In this document: positions 12,557-27,166 of the stretch, piece after piece
How positions within the stretch are numbered: the stretch's first letter is position 1
How the letters are laid out: each line of letters opens with the position of its first letter
NCBI RefSeq assembly: GCF_000143415.4
Contig: NW_003314263.1
Coordinates: forward strand, 3,040,041-3,104,040
Direction of reading: 5' to 3'
DNA from: Selaginella moellendorffii
Lineage: Eukaryota; Plantae; Lycopodiophyta
DNA: 64,000 nucleotides
The notes under the pieces: generated by a model
Database searches by the model: none
Told to the model about the DNA's origin: nothing
The model's input: the letters and a program-made list of their open reading frames with translations, nothing else
Translations under genes and position numbers: made by a program

Positions 12557-13269
12557 TTTAGGTCAAGAGATAACCCTAAGCCCCTATACATGCATTTGCT
12601 ATCACGTGTAGATTTACGACTACCATACCCAATCTTCAGGCTAGGCACGTTTTATATGCGTTACTTTCTCATGTAGAAGAGCGTGATTGGGACAATAAAT
12701 GTATGTTGCAAAACACAAGCTTTGCACTACAGGTTTTTGCTAGGTTGATTTTGTCACTGCCGGAAAGTTAGCCAAATGGCAGGATTCAAAGTGGACCAGA
12801 AAACACAGTTTCAGACCTTTGTGCTCTTATATGTTGCTTACATGTTATTAGATCCTCAGCTTATCTTGGACCACATAACATCTCCTGAATCTCACTTGAA
12901 AGACCAAGTTTGCATTATGATTTTTTATTGTAATGGCACTTTAGACTCTGAAGCTTTCTTTAAGGTTGTATCTTCTAGACCTTACAACTTTGTTTGGTTG
13001 CAGTCTCATCAAGCTTTTGCTGGATCCTACTGAAATTACATGTATGAAGGTTAGTTTTCTTCCATCCAATAATTTAAGGTTGTGACTTCCAAAGTCTAGA
13101 GTGTTATGATACGGCACTAAACAACAAAGATAATGAGACCTAACTTTGCCTAGATTACATTACACCTCCTTTTGTTGTTCTTCACCACCCAGCCACCCTT
13201 GAGCTAGATCTATAGGATAGGTTAAATTCTTTACCTTAAATCTATGAGTGATCATTAGTGCAATTCTTC

Positions 13270-13422
13270 TTTCAGACAAAGTGTGTAGTTATGATGTGGT
13301 ATAGTATTATTAGTGCAGTGGGATTTTGATACCCATTAAATTGGTTTTAATCTGGACCACTTATTCATATATATAAATTAAGGTTTTTGGGCTAATTGGT
13401 TTTTATATTCCATGCATTCACA
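13270..13422 (+). mobile_element. Old diverged copy of the short LTR at 14464-14628, inverted
   Basis: Aligns to the reverse complement of 14464-14628 (GTGGGATTTTG, AATCTGGACCAC, GGTTTTTGGGCTAATTG blocks). Confidence 0.65.
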
Positions 13423-13568
13423 TTATTGGAGGTGAGATGAAAGTGAGATTATACCTCTTAAAAAGTGCTTAAATTTATACTTGGCTTTGAAATATATTGC
13501 CTACACAATACAATATGGTTACAGTTGAATAATAAGACTCAATTGATAGTAGTGTTCATAGCATGTGG

Positions 13569-13805
13569 TGTAGCTCTTTCTTGCTCCTGTTGCTAGTCCT
13601 CTATTTTCAATCCTTTGTTGTGTTAACTCATGAATTTGGACTTTCTAGGCACCCAACCTAGTACTATTCAAATAGTATTATTTAAACTTATTTTAAAATT
13701 CTTGATTAATTGGAAAAAGGGGTGCACTTTTATTTATAAATTTTTTCTTTTTATATTTGAACCTTTATGGACCATTTCTTGAATTATTCTCTTTAGTTAC
13801 TTACA
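13569..13805 (-). mobile_element. Decayed solo Cassandra-like LTR with a 5S rRNA-derived segment
   Basis: TG...CA ends; 5' part aligns to 51577-51700; contains GAATAGTACTAGGTTGGGTG...AAGTCC, a 5S C-box-region match. Confidence 0.65.
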
Positions 13806-14463
13806 TGCTGTTAATCCTCTTTTACCAATCCTCACATTCGACAAAATTTCTTCCATAGGAATCTTGATAATGATATGTACTATTGATTCAATTATGTGAT
13901 TGCCACCTATCATTCTTGGGATAATGCTTAATGTTTACATGAGTTTTCTATATATCTGAAAATGAATTGGTATAATGGTTTTAGTGCACCCACCTATGCA
14001 GATTAGAACCTTCTCTTAGACATCTTTAAGCACATATTTGGGTATGTTGATAACTATAATAATGTGTTCTAGCAATTGCATCATTGTCTTCATTATTAAA
14101 TTATAATGTTTTTGCTTAAACACGATAAGGCACATTTTTAGGTTAAGATGAGTTCTCTAACTAATGCTTTAGCACTCTAAAGTATAAAAGAGTAAAGTAT
14201 TAACATTATAGTATGGGTAGTACAAAGAAGTTATCTAGTTACTTAAAGAGATATAGCTATATGGTTACTTAGAAGAGTTTAATGCAAAGTTATTAGTTAT
14301 ATGCAAGCTTAGAACTCTCACCAAACTTCATCCTAGAATATGATCTCTTTTAGTAAAATTTTAGAATTCTTATCACATATTAATTAATTGGATTGTTAAA
14401 TAATAGCACTATTATATGTATTCATTATTAATGAAATTATTTTAATTTATATAATTATATTAT

Positions 14464-15503
14464 TGTGAGTGTTTGGAATATACAAAAAATGTGCATATCA
14501 ATTAGCCCAAAAACCCTAGCTTATATACAAGAGCGAGTGGTCCAGATTGAAACCAATCTAACAGCTACCAAAATCCCACTACGCTAATATTAGTATACGA
14601 CATCGTAGCCGTACACTTGGCCCTCACATCATCCCCTTCTCTTGGAATAATGGAAGACTATCAAGGTTTCCTTGTAAATGGGCTGGGATCTAGAGGAACA
14701 TTAGGAGGAGGTATCAGTGGATTTGTACGTGGTATTAATTGCTCTTGATCCCTTTGTATGAAGCATTTTAACCACTACATATGCACAATCTCTGAAGGAT
14801 TGGCCTATTAGACGTCATGCTGAACTTCATAAACTTGTGGTCCAACTTGCTGCAACACCAGATACAGTCCTTTCCACTGTGGAAAGAGCCCCTTAGATAA
14901 ACCACGTACCATAAGATGGGGAAAAAAGACTAACACCAAATCATCCATGTTATACTCCGCAAATGGACGATGATGGGAGTTGTAGCGCCATTGTTGTCCC
15001 ACTTGTATGAGGCTTAAGTGTTCAGCAGACTCAGTTCGGACAAATGGAAGAATGCTTGTCAAATATTGATCCCACGACCTAGTATCGACAACTCGTGGCA
15101 ATCGCGAAGGTAAACCCAACTCCGTTGGTAATATTGGATCATGACTATATAGGAGTTTATATGGTGAAGCACCAACAGAACCTTACACCCCTGTGACATA
15201 TGCATATCGAAGAGATGGCAAATAACCATTCCAATCTAAATGTTGAAAGTTCACATACTTCGCAATCATCCCTTTGAATGTCCGAACGAGCTGTTCCACC
15301 ATACTGTCTGATTGTGGATGATAAGCACTCGTGAAAGTGTGGCATATCCCCAATTGAGATGTCAAAACATGAAATGCCTTAACCATAAATGCGGGACCAT
15401 TATCTGAAAGAATCCGCTCTGGATAAGAATGCTGGAACAACCCACCTAGAATAGGAGAATCATGGTAGGCATAAAGAAACCGCGGAATAAAGATAGAAGG
15501 CAC
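14464..15503 (-). mobile_element. Ty3/gypsy remnant: partly deleted integrase, PPT and 165-bp 3' LTR (14464-14628)
   Basis: YHDSP, PERILSDNGPAF, TSAYHPQSDSMVE and LFPQWKGLY integrase motifs; GAGAAGGGGATGA PPT immediately before TG of a TG...CA LTR. Confidence 0.85.
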
Positions 15504-16260
15504 TCAAAGAGCTATTAATGACTCTTCTAGTTTTGACATATCCTAACTACACTTGACTTTTTATTTTGCATGTGGATGTTTCTGATATTAGTTTTGGAGG
15601 TGTGTTGATGCAAGAGAGCTCGAGTGTGCCTGGTCAGCGCCATCCCATTGCGTATATAAACTATACATTACAACCAGTGGAGATGAACTACTCCACAACA
15701 AAGGAGTGTTTAGCAGCAATCTGGGGTTTCGAGAAACTTCATGCATATTTACATGGTTCTTGGACGTTACTTGAAAGTGACCATGCTGCAGTTACTTCAT
15801 TATTGAAGCAGAAGAACTTGGTTGGTCGTATTGCTTGATGGGCTTTGAAGCTTCAAATATATGATTTTGATGTTGTTCATCACCCAGGGAGTTCTACGGC
15901 TAATGCTGATGCCCTTTCTCGAGCTCCTCTTCCTTCTCCACTCTCTTCTCATGTTGCTGACGAGCCTGTTGCTCCTACATCTGTGGATTTTCTAGATGAG
16001 GATTTTGTGCCATCGACGATTGTTATACTTGACGTTTAGTGTCCACAAGGCGTAAAGCAAGATCTACCTTCTCTTGATGAGGTTCGCGAGGCTCAAAAGA
16101 TTGAGCTATGGATTCGAAGGCTTCGAGATGGGTTTGAGAATCCTACATCATTTGCTAATGACTTGCCTTTCCGGCATTTACATTCTCAATATCACCTTGA
16201 CGATAGCCTTCTTTATTTTGTGGGGACGGATCCTGATGATCATTTACGACTGGTGGTTCC
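15504..16260 (+). mobile_element. Ty3/gypsy RNase H segment, inverted relative to the adjacent integrase
   Basis: HVDVSDISFGGVLMQ, HPIAY, ECLAAIWG, ESDH and NADALSR motifs; ends in HLRLVVP. Confidence 0.85.
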
Positions 16261-19200
16261 ATGAATGCTCGCTCACAATCCGGAGACTAGATGAAAGATG
16301 ACATTGATGGCTTCAGCAACACTCACAACGGTGCAGTGTGATCAGAAAAATGATCCACAAAACGACCGAGATACTACACCTTGCCCAAGAAGCACTGCAC
16401 ATTATTTCACACACTTTGAAGTAGGGAACTTTAGAACAACCACAAGTTTGTCAGGATCAACTTGCAAACCCTCACGAGAAATACAATACTCAAGATAAGT
16501 TGTGTTCTTGGTCCCAAACATGCAGTTCGACTGCTTCAGCTAAGCTCTATTTCGTTAAAGTGGGATTTATTCAGTAAAATGGGACTAGGTACAAATTTTC
16601 AAGTATTTGAAAATGATGTGAAATTATATGTTTTTTGTCCATGGGTGTCGCGAATGTGACTTCGGGTATCGAAAGTTACCTGTCGACCAGTCCTTACGGA
16701 CACTCTTTCCTTACTGCCACGATGGTGGGAGGTCGGTATTGCTGGACCCTTTATCAGCCCCTCTTGTTCAAGTGTTAGTAAACTGGACTTAGCATCTGTA
16801 CTTGGCCGGATGAGCATAAGGACGGAATTCTTAAGTGTCTATTTGGCCAAGCATACTTGGCTCGGCTTTTTAGTTCTCTTTTGCTCTGTCTTGCACTGGC
16901 TTGACAAGAACCCTCGCGTATTGAGATTGGTCCCTCAATATCGCTGGATGATAGCTTACCGTGTCTGCCAAACACCCTCGCTATCATGCCCTTTGTGTTA
17001 GTCTCATTTCGGTCCCAAATACTATTTATGGAAAGTGTCTAGATTTGGTCATTTGGCATATCTACGGAATGTAGAGATCGGCCTGAACACAATGGTGTTC
17101 GTCCCGTGTCCAAATTCACATTCTAAGGACATTCCATATTTAGTAAGTTTCAAGCTTGTCCCAGAGACTAACTCCTGATACTAAGGGAGGCTTGGGGTGA
17201 AAGCCCAAAGCGTGTGTTCCTCAAGGGGGGGGGGGCTGTGGGGGGTTCCAAATGTATAGTAGGGATAGTGGGTAGGTCGGGCATGGCCGACCAACCTGAG
17301 GCATAGTCTAGCTCCCGCTTGCGTGCCTGTCCTTGTTCTGCGTCCGGCTTGGGTCTAAGCCCAAGTTCCATTCCATGCTAGCTGGTGGAGTACCCATATC
17401 CTCACGTTAGGCCACCGGTATGCCGAAATAGTGCCAGACTCCGTTTGGCTCCATTTTGCATGCTGGTCCTGGCATTGGGATGCTAGTTGCTCCAGGACTG
17501 TTCCAAGTCGCTCCGGGCTCCTGTCCCTTCGCTCCTTGGGCTATATGCTCGGGAGTTGCTCCATGGTTTGGTTCCATCACTCCTCGGCTCCATGCTTGGG
17601 AGTTTGGCACCGTTCCTTCGTTCAGTGGCCCAAGGCCCTGAACCTCGGGTTCCATGGACACGTGGCATGTGACATGTGGCATTTGTCACGTGGCACAAAG
17701 AGGGTTTAGGTTCCGCTTCGTGGTGTTATCCTATGGTAAATCACTGTAGGATAAAGGGTCAAAACCATGTGCGCTACATTTGGTATCAGAGGATGAGTCT
17801 CAGTGAGTACTATTCAATGAGATTGGGCAACTAGTCTCGTTGCATACGCAGAGATGAAAACGATGATCCGAGTGGGTACACGTTTGGGTGCAAAGGCTTC
17901 GCAATTGGTTCCTTGGGTATGGATATTGTTACCTTGTTGTACCTTATGATGTGAGCTTGCGCTTGGGCTCATAGGATGGTTTGGAGATGTTCCGTTTGCA
18001 CGAGTTTGAGCTTGAGCTCGTGAGTGAGGCACATTAGCAACTCGAGGTTACATTTTGAGTTGGCAGAATTAATGTTAGCCTATCGTTGGTTCCATGAGTT
18101 GTTCCATGTACCATGGGTGAAAGCAAACCTCCCTGGGTTTGCTATAAGTGGCAAATAGGCTGGTCCGTAGCTGTTTAGCACGGCACTAGTGGATCCTTCC
18201 TAGGTATGATTATAAGTGGATCAATCAAGACTATAGGGATTAGTCTATTGGTTCAAGTAATCATGACCGTGCTCTCTCATAAATTTTTCTTGGATTGAAC
18301 TGAAGGCAGTGCGAAAGCAAGCTTGAGGTTTAGTCAAGATGAGGCCGGAAAGAGAGTTGTCAGGGACGAAGGATTAAATACGTAAATCATTTTCTCTTCT
18401 TGGAAAGATGATTTGCAACGAGGTGTTAACTCATTGCTTGTGTTCACATTATGCAATCAAGAGTCCCTACCTTGATGCATATTGGAAGTGATGGTCTTAC
18501 AAGTGGTGAGTTGTGGGATGGATAGTGGTGAAACGTTAAACCATTTTGTCTAAAACTTGCTATTGGAAGACTTAAGTTGCAATGCTCAATTCTTTTCTGG
18601 GGAACCTTACTATTGCTCCTTGAGTAGCTTAGTGTTGGATTAGTGTTGAGTTTGGTCGGAAAGAGAGTGGCATGAGCTTGTCCATGTTGTGAACAAAAGT
18701 TAGTGGTGTTGGGTGTTGTAAATCTCTATTGATAGGGTGTGGCATTTATGTTGCATTTTGTCGAATCGAGTTAGCACTTGATATTCACATAAACCTTTGC
18801 AGTAGTGACATGGGCATTGCTCATAGTGTTGCTTGATTGATGATCAAGTCATTGTGATTTATATCATATCCATGTGATAATGAGCAATGTGTTTATGAAG
18901 TTGCTTGGTTAAATGATGATCAACCCCAAAGTGGTTGATGGAGAAGCTAGTCTACTTGCACGAAGTAGCATTGTAGTAGCTTTGACTGGATTCTCAATGG
19001 TGGTCCATTATGCTAAGCTTATGTTGGTACCTTGTTACCTTGAGGGTTTGCCCATTAAGATGTTGGAAAAGGGTTATAGCATTCATTTGCTATGGCTTGT
19101 TGGTTGATCCGTTAGCACTTGGAGTAGATTGTTGGATGGAGAAGATGTATAGTTGGGGCATTGACATCACTAGCACTTGTGTTAGTGGAGGTGGCATTAT

Positions 19201-20692
19201 TATTTCAAGTGATAAGGAAGTTTCCTTAGAGCTTGATTTTCCATGTCATTTTTCTTGTTAGTGTTTTGGCTTCACATTGGATCTTGAAGGTGGTTGAAGA
19301 AGAGTGTTAGTGTAATGTGGATATCCAAAGATGTGGTCTTCGTGATCAAGCCTTGGATGTTCATTTTGCACTTTGCGGATGTCGGTGTTGGATATCGGTT
19401 AGATGGGTAGAGATGTTCGAGGCTTAAACATACTATGGGTCATGAGAATTTGTGTTGAGGTGAACCTATGTGAAGTTGTTGGTAGAAGGAAGTTGGTTGA
19501 GTCTTGAAAGTTTGCATTCCTGGACTGAGAGTTATTCTTTCTCTAGGATGGAGATTTTCCACAAATTTTCTTAGACTTTTCCAATGGCTGATCTATTGAT
19601 CATTTTGTCCGAAAACCATTCCATTTTCGAAAGCCAGTACAAACTAGTGAAGGGGTTGGAGTTGACTTCGGTTGGCTTAGATCTTAGTGTAAGCGACTAA
19701 ATTTTCCATTCTACTTTAGTCACTTAACCACACCTCCGACCACTTGGAGGAGTCTCATTCACAACCTCCATAAGTCCAATCCAGGACTTGGGACTTGCTA
19801 GCCCCGAGAATGGCATCCATGCCACTCAACATTTGCACTTGGTCCAAGTGCTCCACGTGTCCGATCCCATGACCGACACTCAAAAGTACCATCGACATGC
19901 CAGCCCGTTACGCTAAGGCCATGCCCAATCACCTTTGCCACACTGGTAGTCCATTACCACTTGCATCACAGTCTTGGCTCTCCAAGACTAGGCAAACCAT
20001 CCGTGAGTGGTCATCTGAGATCCACTCCTTAGCACCCTTAGGATGCCCACCGACATGGGGAATAGCCTTCCCCAATATCCCTCTGTCAGTCCCCACTAAG
20101 TCCCTTTCTGCCCCTGGCCGTGTTTGCCAACACTGCCACTGGATCGAGACCCACAGGCCCGACCACCAAGTCCCCCAGTCCTTTGGAACTTCCTCACCAC
20201 ACGACTGTGTCCTTGGTCACTACCCCAGAGGACTGCTCCTCTTCCTTTCCACAGTCTAGGCCTTTGGGACAACATTTCGGAACACCGTGGCCTTACGCGA
20301 GCCACCTGGGTACTCTCCTCGCCTTTCGCCTTTAGGTGCTCTAGCCATGGGCTTAGAGCGAGGTTCCGCTGAGCCACGCCTGGTATCCAAGTAGGTAGTG
20401 CCACCCACACTTGGACTGGGAGCATCGGCCAGTCGATCTCCCGGGGGAACTAGAGCCGGCTCTTGAACACTTCACCAAGCTACCCCGCTTGGCGGTCTGT
20501 ATTCACTCTAGTCTTGGACTTCCCAGTGGTCAGTTCATCACCCAACACTGGGTCTGGCCTTCCTGGGCCAAACTGGCCTTTCCTGGCCAAACTGGCTCCA
20601 CTGCAGTCCTCCCCCTTACTATACTTTTGGAGCTCACCAAACCCCCCAGGGTCTGGGAGACGAACGCTTTGGGCTTTCACCCTCTCAGGCTC

Positions 20693-21250
20693 CGGACTCG
20701 GACTCGGACTCGGACTCGGACTCGGACTCGGATTCGGATTCGGACTCGGACTCGGGCTCGGGCTCGGTCTCGGCCTCGGCCTCGGTCTCGGTCTTGGTCT
20801 CGGTCCCGGTCTTGGTCTCGACTTCGGACTCCATCTCGGACTCCATCTCGGACTCCATCTCGGACTCCATCTCGGACTCCATCTCGGGTCCATCTCGGGT
20901 CCATCTCGGACTCCATCTCAGACTCCATCTCGGGTCCATCTCGGACTCCATCTCGGACTCCATTTCGGACTCCATTTCGGGTCCATCTCGGACTCCATCT
21001 CGGACTCCATTTCGGGTCCATCTCGGGTCCATCTCGGACTCCATCTCGGACTCCATCTCGGACTCCATCTCGGACTCCATCTCGGGTCCATCTTGGGTCC
21101 ATCTTGGACTCCATCTCAGACTCCATTTCGGGTCCATCTCAGGTCCATCTCGGACTCCATCTCGGACTCCATCTCGGGTCCATCTCGGACTCCACTTCGG
21201 ACTCCAACTCGGGTCCACCTCGGACTCCACTTCGGACTCCATCTCAGACA
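20693..21250. repeat. Tandem array inside LTR B: 6-bp GGACTC units grading into 11/12-bp GG(AC/G)TCCATCTC units
   Basis: Directly visible; generates the spurious SES/RT/GL repeat ORFs. Confidence 0.95.
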
Positions 21251-24200
21251 CTCCCACGTGTCATGTGTTGGTCCTTTTGGGTCCCTTTTTGGAGCCTCGC
21301 CTTTTGCTCGCTTCGTGCTCGTTCCTCGAGCACTTCGTTGGGAGTTCCACTCCCGCTCTTGACTTTTCAAGTCGGAGCTTTTGGTCCAAACGTGTTACGC
21401 TCGTTTGGCTCTCGCTTCGGCCACTACCATGTGGCGCCCTTCCGGCTCCACTTTGGGGCCTAGGGATTTTGTGTCTCACAACTCCACCACCCATAGACGA
21501 AGTTCGATGTCCTCATCGAACGGTGAACCATTTTATAAAGTAACACCCGCATGTGTTACCATTTCCATCCTTGGCGCGTAGCCAATATTTGTCAATGGTG
21601 TGACATTGAAGGCTCACCATACCTTCTCCATATTCGTCAATGGTTGGACATTGAAGGCTCACCATGCCTTTTGCATATCCTCTAAGGAGGGTAGTCTCTC
21701 CAACTTAGAGACTGATTGGACCACATATAGTGGTTCTCTCCTTTTATTGGTTTAGTTCTCGCTAAACCTCTTAGAGACCCTCCTCTAAGTCAATCCCACT
21801 ACTCCTTCTCGAGTAGTCTCAATTTCCATCGATATAACTTTTGCACTTTGGAACTTTGAATTTTGACTTCTTGGAGTCAATTTCCTAGGTGTCTCCGACA
21901 CCTTGCCTTGCACCTTTTGTGCAACTCCACTTCCCATCCTAGGAAGTTCTTTTCTCGAGGGCACCATCATCCTCTCTTCTATTTCGTGCCAAAGTTCCAG
22001 TTATCATACTTTGTGCTAGGGCTGTTCATGGCCCTATCATTTGGCTACCTTACCGCTCCTTCCCTTGGAGCTTCCACTTTCGCCAAACCGGAGCATTTTG
22101 GAATCCCTCCTTGGAAACACACTTCCTTTCCCGCAACTTGTTAGCGTCCAACACATTAGTGTTCCTCGCTTAACTTTGTCACTTGGATTCCTTCCAAGGG
22201 ATTCCACGGCCCTATCTTGGCCACTCCTCTTTTGCTCTTATCCGTTGATTGTTGCACCAAGCAACATCGAATCTCTACCTCCCTCCTTGAGGTATTGTTT
22301 CGGTTCCATAGCAAAGACTCTTCTTTGCCAAGTCCGGAGGATGTTCACCCCTAGTACGTCTCTTTAGCATCTTCTGCTATGGGCTCTATCCACGGCCCAA
22401 CTTCGTGACCCTCCCATAGGTCTTTTATAGAGACTACTTTCCTCGGACTCACTATGCCATCGCACGGACATAGTTTATTTCCCTTAGGTGCTCTTCCCAC
22501 TTGGTCATCACGACCAAGCCACACCACCTTAAACAGTTCAATTTCAACATTTTGAACCAGGAACTTCATTCCTTAGCCAACCAAGGAATTTGTCCTTATC
22601 TGCCATAAATCACCTAGGGATCCTTAGATCACCTCAGCATCAGCTCACCTAGTGATCTCACCTTGGCACAGAGGTGCCAAGAGGTACTTGGTCTTCTAGA
22701 CCTCCAAGTTGTTGACTATAACCCTGGGGGCATCCCCCACACTTGGCGGTGCACCCAAGCTAGCCCTTACGGCCAAGGGTTCATAGCAACTGAGATTAGG
22801 TGTCCCCATCTCACTCACCACGACCTTGGTGCCATTTGCACCAAAGCGTTCAAGTTAGATATGCTGAGCTTTAACACTAAGCAATCTAACCGTGCATCAC
22901 GACTCCGAGGCATCCCTCGCTTGGCGGTGTGCCCAAACCAGTCTCCCCACTGAGAGTCCATGACCACCGAAATATGAGTGTCCTCATATTCCAAACCATC
23001 ACCACGCCCTAGTGATTTGGGACTCGAACCCAAGCACTAGAGGGTCGGGACTCGAACCCAACCTCCGTATATGCATCTACGGACGGCATCACACAAGATG
23101 CCTAGCGTGACTCCCCACGCCGGTGCACCAACTTATTTTTAAAGCGCGCTACAGATCACAGCTTAGGAACCTAGTTCCTCCACACTGCCAAGTCCTCTCA
23201 CTTGACATGTCTGTGATCATGCACGGACTCCTCCATGCTCGGCCCCATGGCCCACCCTTTTTGAAGTTATCACCTTCAACTAGGGTCTTTGTTCCCCCGA
23301 CGTGCCAATCTCACTTGGCAAGTCCTCCGACCATTGTAACATGGTTCCTGCATAAGCGTGAAAGTCCTTGACCATCGACTTTCGTTCAAAGCCCTCTCTT
23401 TGAACACTCGGGAACTACTTCCCTAACCTTGATAACCTTGCCTCATGGCAAGCTTCAAGACCATGCTTCTGCTGCGCCACTCTGATTTCGCGCGTTCCAT
23501 GAACCATTTACACTTGGCCTTTCTAGGTACTACGCTACCTAGAATCGTCTTTGGGGAACCTTGAAGGAACTCTGTCCCTCAGCTTGCTAAGGCCTCCTCT
23601 TTCGCAAGCTTTATAGTTGCCATATAGTCTAACATGGACAATTCCATATTTTAAACTCTCCATGGCATCACGATTGCTAGCAACAACATCCTCAAGCACC
23701 CTCTTGATTCTCCACTCCCAACTTTCATAACCACTATTGGATATACCCTTTGATTTCTATGGTTCAGTTCCATCCCAATACTACTTGCCTTTGGCTTCAC
23801 ACCTTTCCTTTGGTCATTCTCCTCCAGACCAGGAGGATAGCTTTGCACTTTTTATCATGCCTTAGCAAGTATTCTTAGGGATGAACCTACCCAATAGCCC
23901 AGGGAGTGGTTCCTCAATCCGGGTATGCTCAGCTTATAATCCCACACACTGGGATTACATTGTTGCTTATGGGCCTTTACATGCCCATCACTAGCCTTGC
24001 CAAAATTCCATTTTTGGCTTTGTCCAACTTGGGTAGACAGTCTTCTCTTGTCTCCGCAACCTTGGACATTTGGATAGCACCTTCTATCCATCATTCGCTA
24101 GGGACTTAGTCCCTTGGGCTTTATCCATTGCCCTCGCGACATCAAACACCACCTTCTGGTGTTCTAGAGTGTTCGGGTGTCCCAATGATGGCTTTCTTGA

Positions 24201-26608
24201 CAATGAGTATTTCCTTTTATGACATTGACTCACTATATCGCAACATAAGCAACTTATCCCCTGTAAGGGTATATCCGACTTCCCTATATTAGAAGTCTTG
24301 GGTAGCTACCTTCTACCCGTTTAACCAGTTATTTTGCACCTCTTTGCTTAGTTGCCTCATAGTTGTCAAGTCCTACAACTCATTGCTTGGTGCTTGCACA
24401 CCTCCATCATTATCTGGGTCACCGCACTCCAACTGCATGCTCTGCCGCTTAGGCTATGCCATTCCCATTTCCATTGGGATTCCTTTGGCAAGGGGTTCTC
24501 ATGAACCCACCAACATAGCCTCAAGGTATCACACCTTGGCACATTTGGTGTCTCCACACCATCAGCTCCACGAGCCTACCTCTATGACACTTCCCCTTCG
24601 TGTTTAAGTCTTTGCCAAGACTAACACCGCTCTTTCTCATGCCAACCATCTGTTAGCACTACACCATAGAGGTCACACACAACTTTGTGTCAAAGTTGTT
24701 TTCTTCTGGGAACATCTTTCCCATAACTTTAGCATGGCACATTTTGCCATCGATGAGATACTCTCAGTTCTCATCCTTGGATCCTATGATCCCCCCCCAT
24801 CCTTTGTGGGGTACAACACACCTCAGTCCAAATGCTTCCATCAGTCTTTTTAGGACCATCCGTTGACTCTACTTGAGTCATCCAGCAGTTTTGGACTTGG
24901 TTAATCCACAGACCCGTAAGGTCCTACTTGTGCGGCACTAGCTCACTGGAATACACTTCTTGCATTCCTGTCCTACTCAAAAGGACTATTTTCACAAGTG
25001 TTACTCCGACACTTGATTTTGTTCTCTGGGGGCAACCTTTGCCCCTTAGGACTACTTGTCCATGTGATGAGAACACCAACTCATCCACTTAATACACCCC
25101 CAACTCCTTGGGTTGTTCCAGCATTTATTAGAGGTAGCCCGGCTACCTTTTCAAGGACTTGAGTCCTCTTCCGTATTTGACCTCCCACGGTCATTACTTC
25201 TGGTCTCACATTCATGAGCACCAACCTCAACTATATGAGGAAAATCTTGTGACTCCTTTATTGCTTTGGAGTCTTTATCTTTCCCGTGATCCCAACTGTA
25301 GTTGTTTACCACAACTACATTAGCCAGTTTGCTAAGTCAAACGCTCATCTAGATCACATCCTCAACTCTTTGAGGAAAACCATATACTGTTCCCAAGATC
25401 CCAAAGTCGTTCCATTATTGGCCCTTTTCTATCCACCACCTTGTCTACAAGTTCACACATGAACTGTAATGGAGAGCCATGTCTTCCCGACTTGCTACTC
25501 CTCAAGGATAGGCCCACTCCTCGGACCTTCCGATGCCAACACTAGTGGTGATATACTTGAGCACCAATAAAAGTCGGACTAAGGAACAGCTCCGATACCA
25601 AATTGTAAGCGACTAAATTTTCCATTCTACTTTAGTCACTTAACCACACCTCCGACCACTTGGAGGAGTCTCATTCACAACCTCCATAAGTCCAATCCAG
25701 GACTTGGGACTTGCTAGCCCCGAGAATGGCATCCATGCCACTCAACATTTGCACTTGGTCCAAGTGCTCCACGTGTCCGATCCCATGACCGACACTCAAA
25801 AGTACCATCGACATGCCAGCCCGTTACGCTAAGGCCATGCCCAATCACCTTTGCCACACTGGTAGTCCATTACCACTTGCATCACAGTCTTGGCTCTCCA
25901 AGACTAGGCAAACCATCCGTGAGTGGTCATCTGAGATCCACTCCTTAGCACCCTTAGGATGCCCACCGACATGGGGAATAGCCTTCCCCAATATCCCTCT
26001 GTCAGTCCCCACTAAGTCCCTTTCTGCCCCTGGCCGTGTTTGCCAACACTGCCACTGGATCGAGACCCACAGGCCCGACCACCAAGTCCCCCAGTCCTTT
26101 GGAACTTCCTCACCACACGACTGTGTCCTTGGTCACTACCCCAGAGGACTGCTCCTCTTCCTTTCCACAGTCTAGGCCTTTGGGACAACATTTCGGAACA
26201 CCGTGGCCTTACGCGAGCCACCTGGGTACTCTCCTCGCCTTTCGCCTTTAGGTGCTCTAGCCATGGGCTTAGAGCGAGGTTCCGCTGAGCCACGCCTGGT
26301 ATCCAAGTAGGTAGTGCCACCCACACTTGGACTGGGAGCATCGGCCAGTCGATCTCCCGGGGGAACTAGAGCCGGCTCTTGAACACTTCACCAAGCTACC
26401 CCGCTTGGCGGTCTGTATTCACTCTAGTCTTGGACTTCCCAGTGGTCAGTTCATCACCCAACACTGGGTCTGGCCTTCCTGGGCCAAACTGGCCTTTCCT
26501 GGCCAAACTGGCTCCACTGCAGTCCTCCCCCTTACTATACTTTTGGAGCTCACCAAACCCCCCAGGGTCTGGGAGACGAACGCTTTGGGCTTTCACCCTC
26601 TCAGGCTC

Positions 26609-27166
26609 CGGACTCGGACTCGGACTCGGACTCGGACTCGGACTCGGATTCGGATTCGGACTCGGACTCGGGCTCGGGCTCGGTCTCGGCCTCGGCCTCG
26701 GTCTCGGTCTTGGTCTCGGTCCCGGTCTTGGTCTCGACTTCGGACTCCATCTCGGACTCCATCTCGGACTCCATCTCGGACTCCATCTCGGACTCCATCT
26801 CGGGTCCATCTCGGGTCCATCTCGGACTCCATCTCAGACTCCATCTCGGGTCCATCTCGGACTCCATCTCGGACTCCATTTCGGACTCCATTTCGGGTCC
26901 ATCTCGGACTCCATCTCGGACTCCATTTCGGGTCCATCTCGGGTCCATCTCGGACTCCATCTCGGACTCCATCTCGGACTCCATCTCGGACTCCATCTCG
27001 GGTCCATCTTGGGTCCATCTTGGACTCCATCTCAGACTCCATTTCGGGTCCATCTCAGGTCCATCTCGGACTCCATCTCGGACTCCATCTCGGGTCCATC
27101 TCGGACTCCACTTCGGACTCCAACTCGGGTCCACCTCGGACTCCACTTCGGACTCCATCTCAGACA
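26609..27166. repeat. Second copy of the tandem array, in the other LTR of element B
   Basis: Same sequence as 20693-21250 at an offset of 5916 bp. Confidence 0.95.

Noticed and set aside
13270-14628. Inverted repeats as TIRs of a MITE
   Set aside because: The repeat is a TG...CA LTR next to a PPT and integrase; two independent LTR copies explain it.
20693-21250. CRISPR-like appearance of the short repeat array
   Set aside because: No unique spacers and no cas genes; eukaryotic LTR context.
20411-21543. Long ORFs (up to 350 aa) of RT/SES/GL repeats, duplicated at 26327-27408
   Set aside because: They arise from a stop-free tandem array inside an LTR and are open in most frames; there is no sign of real coding.
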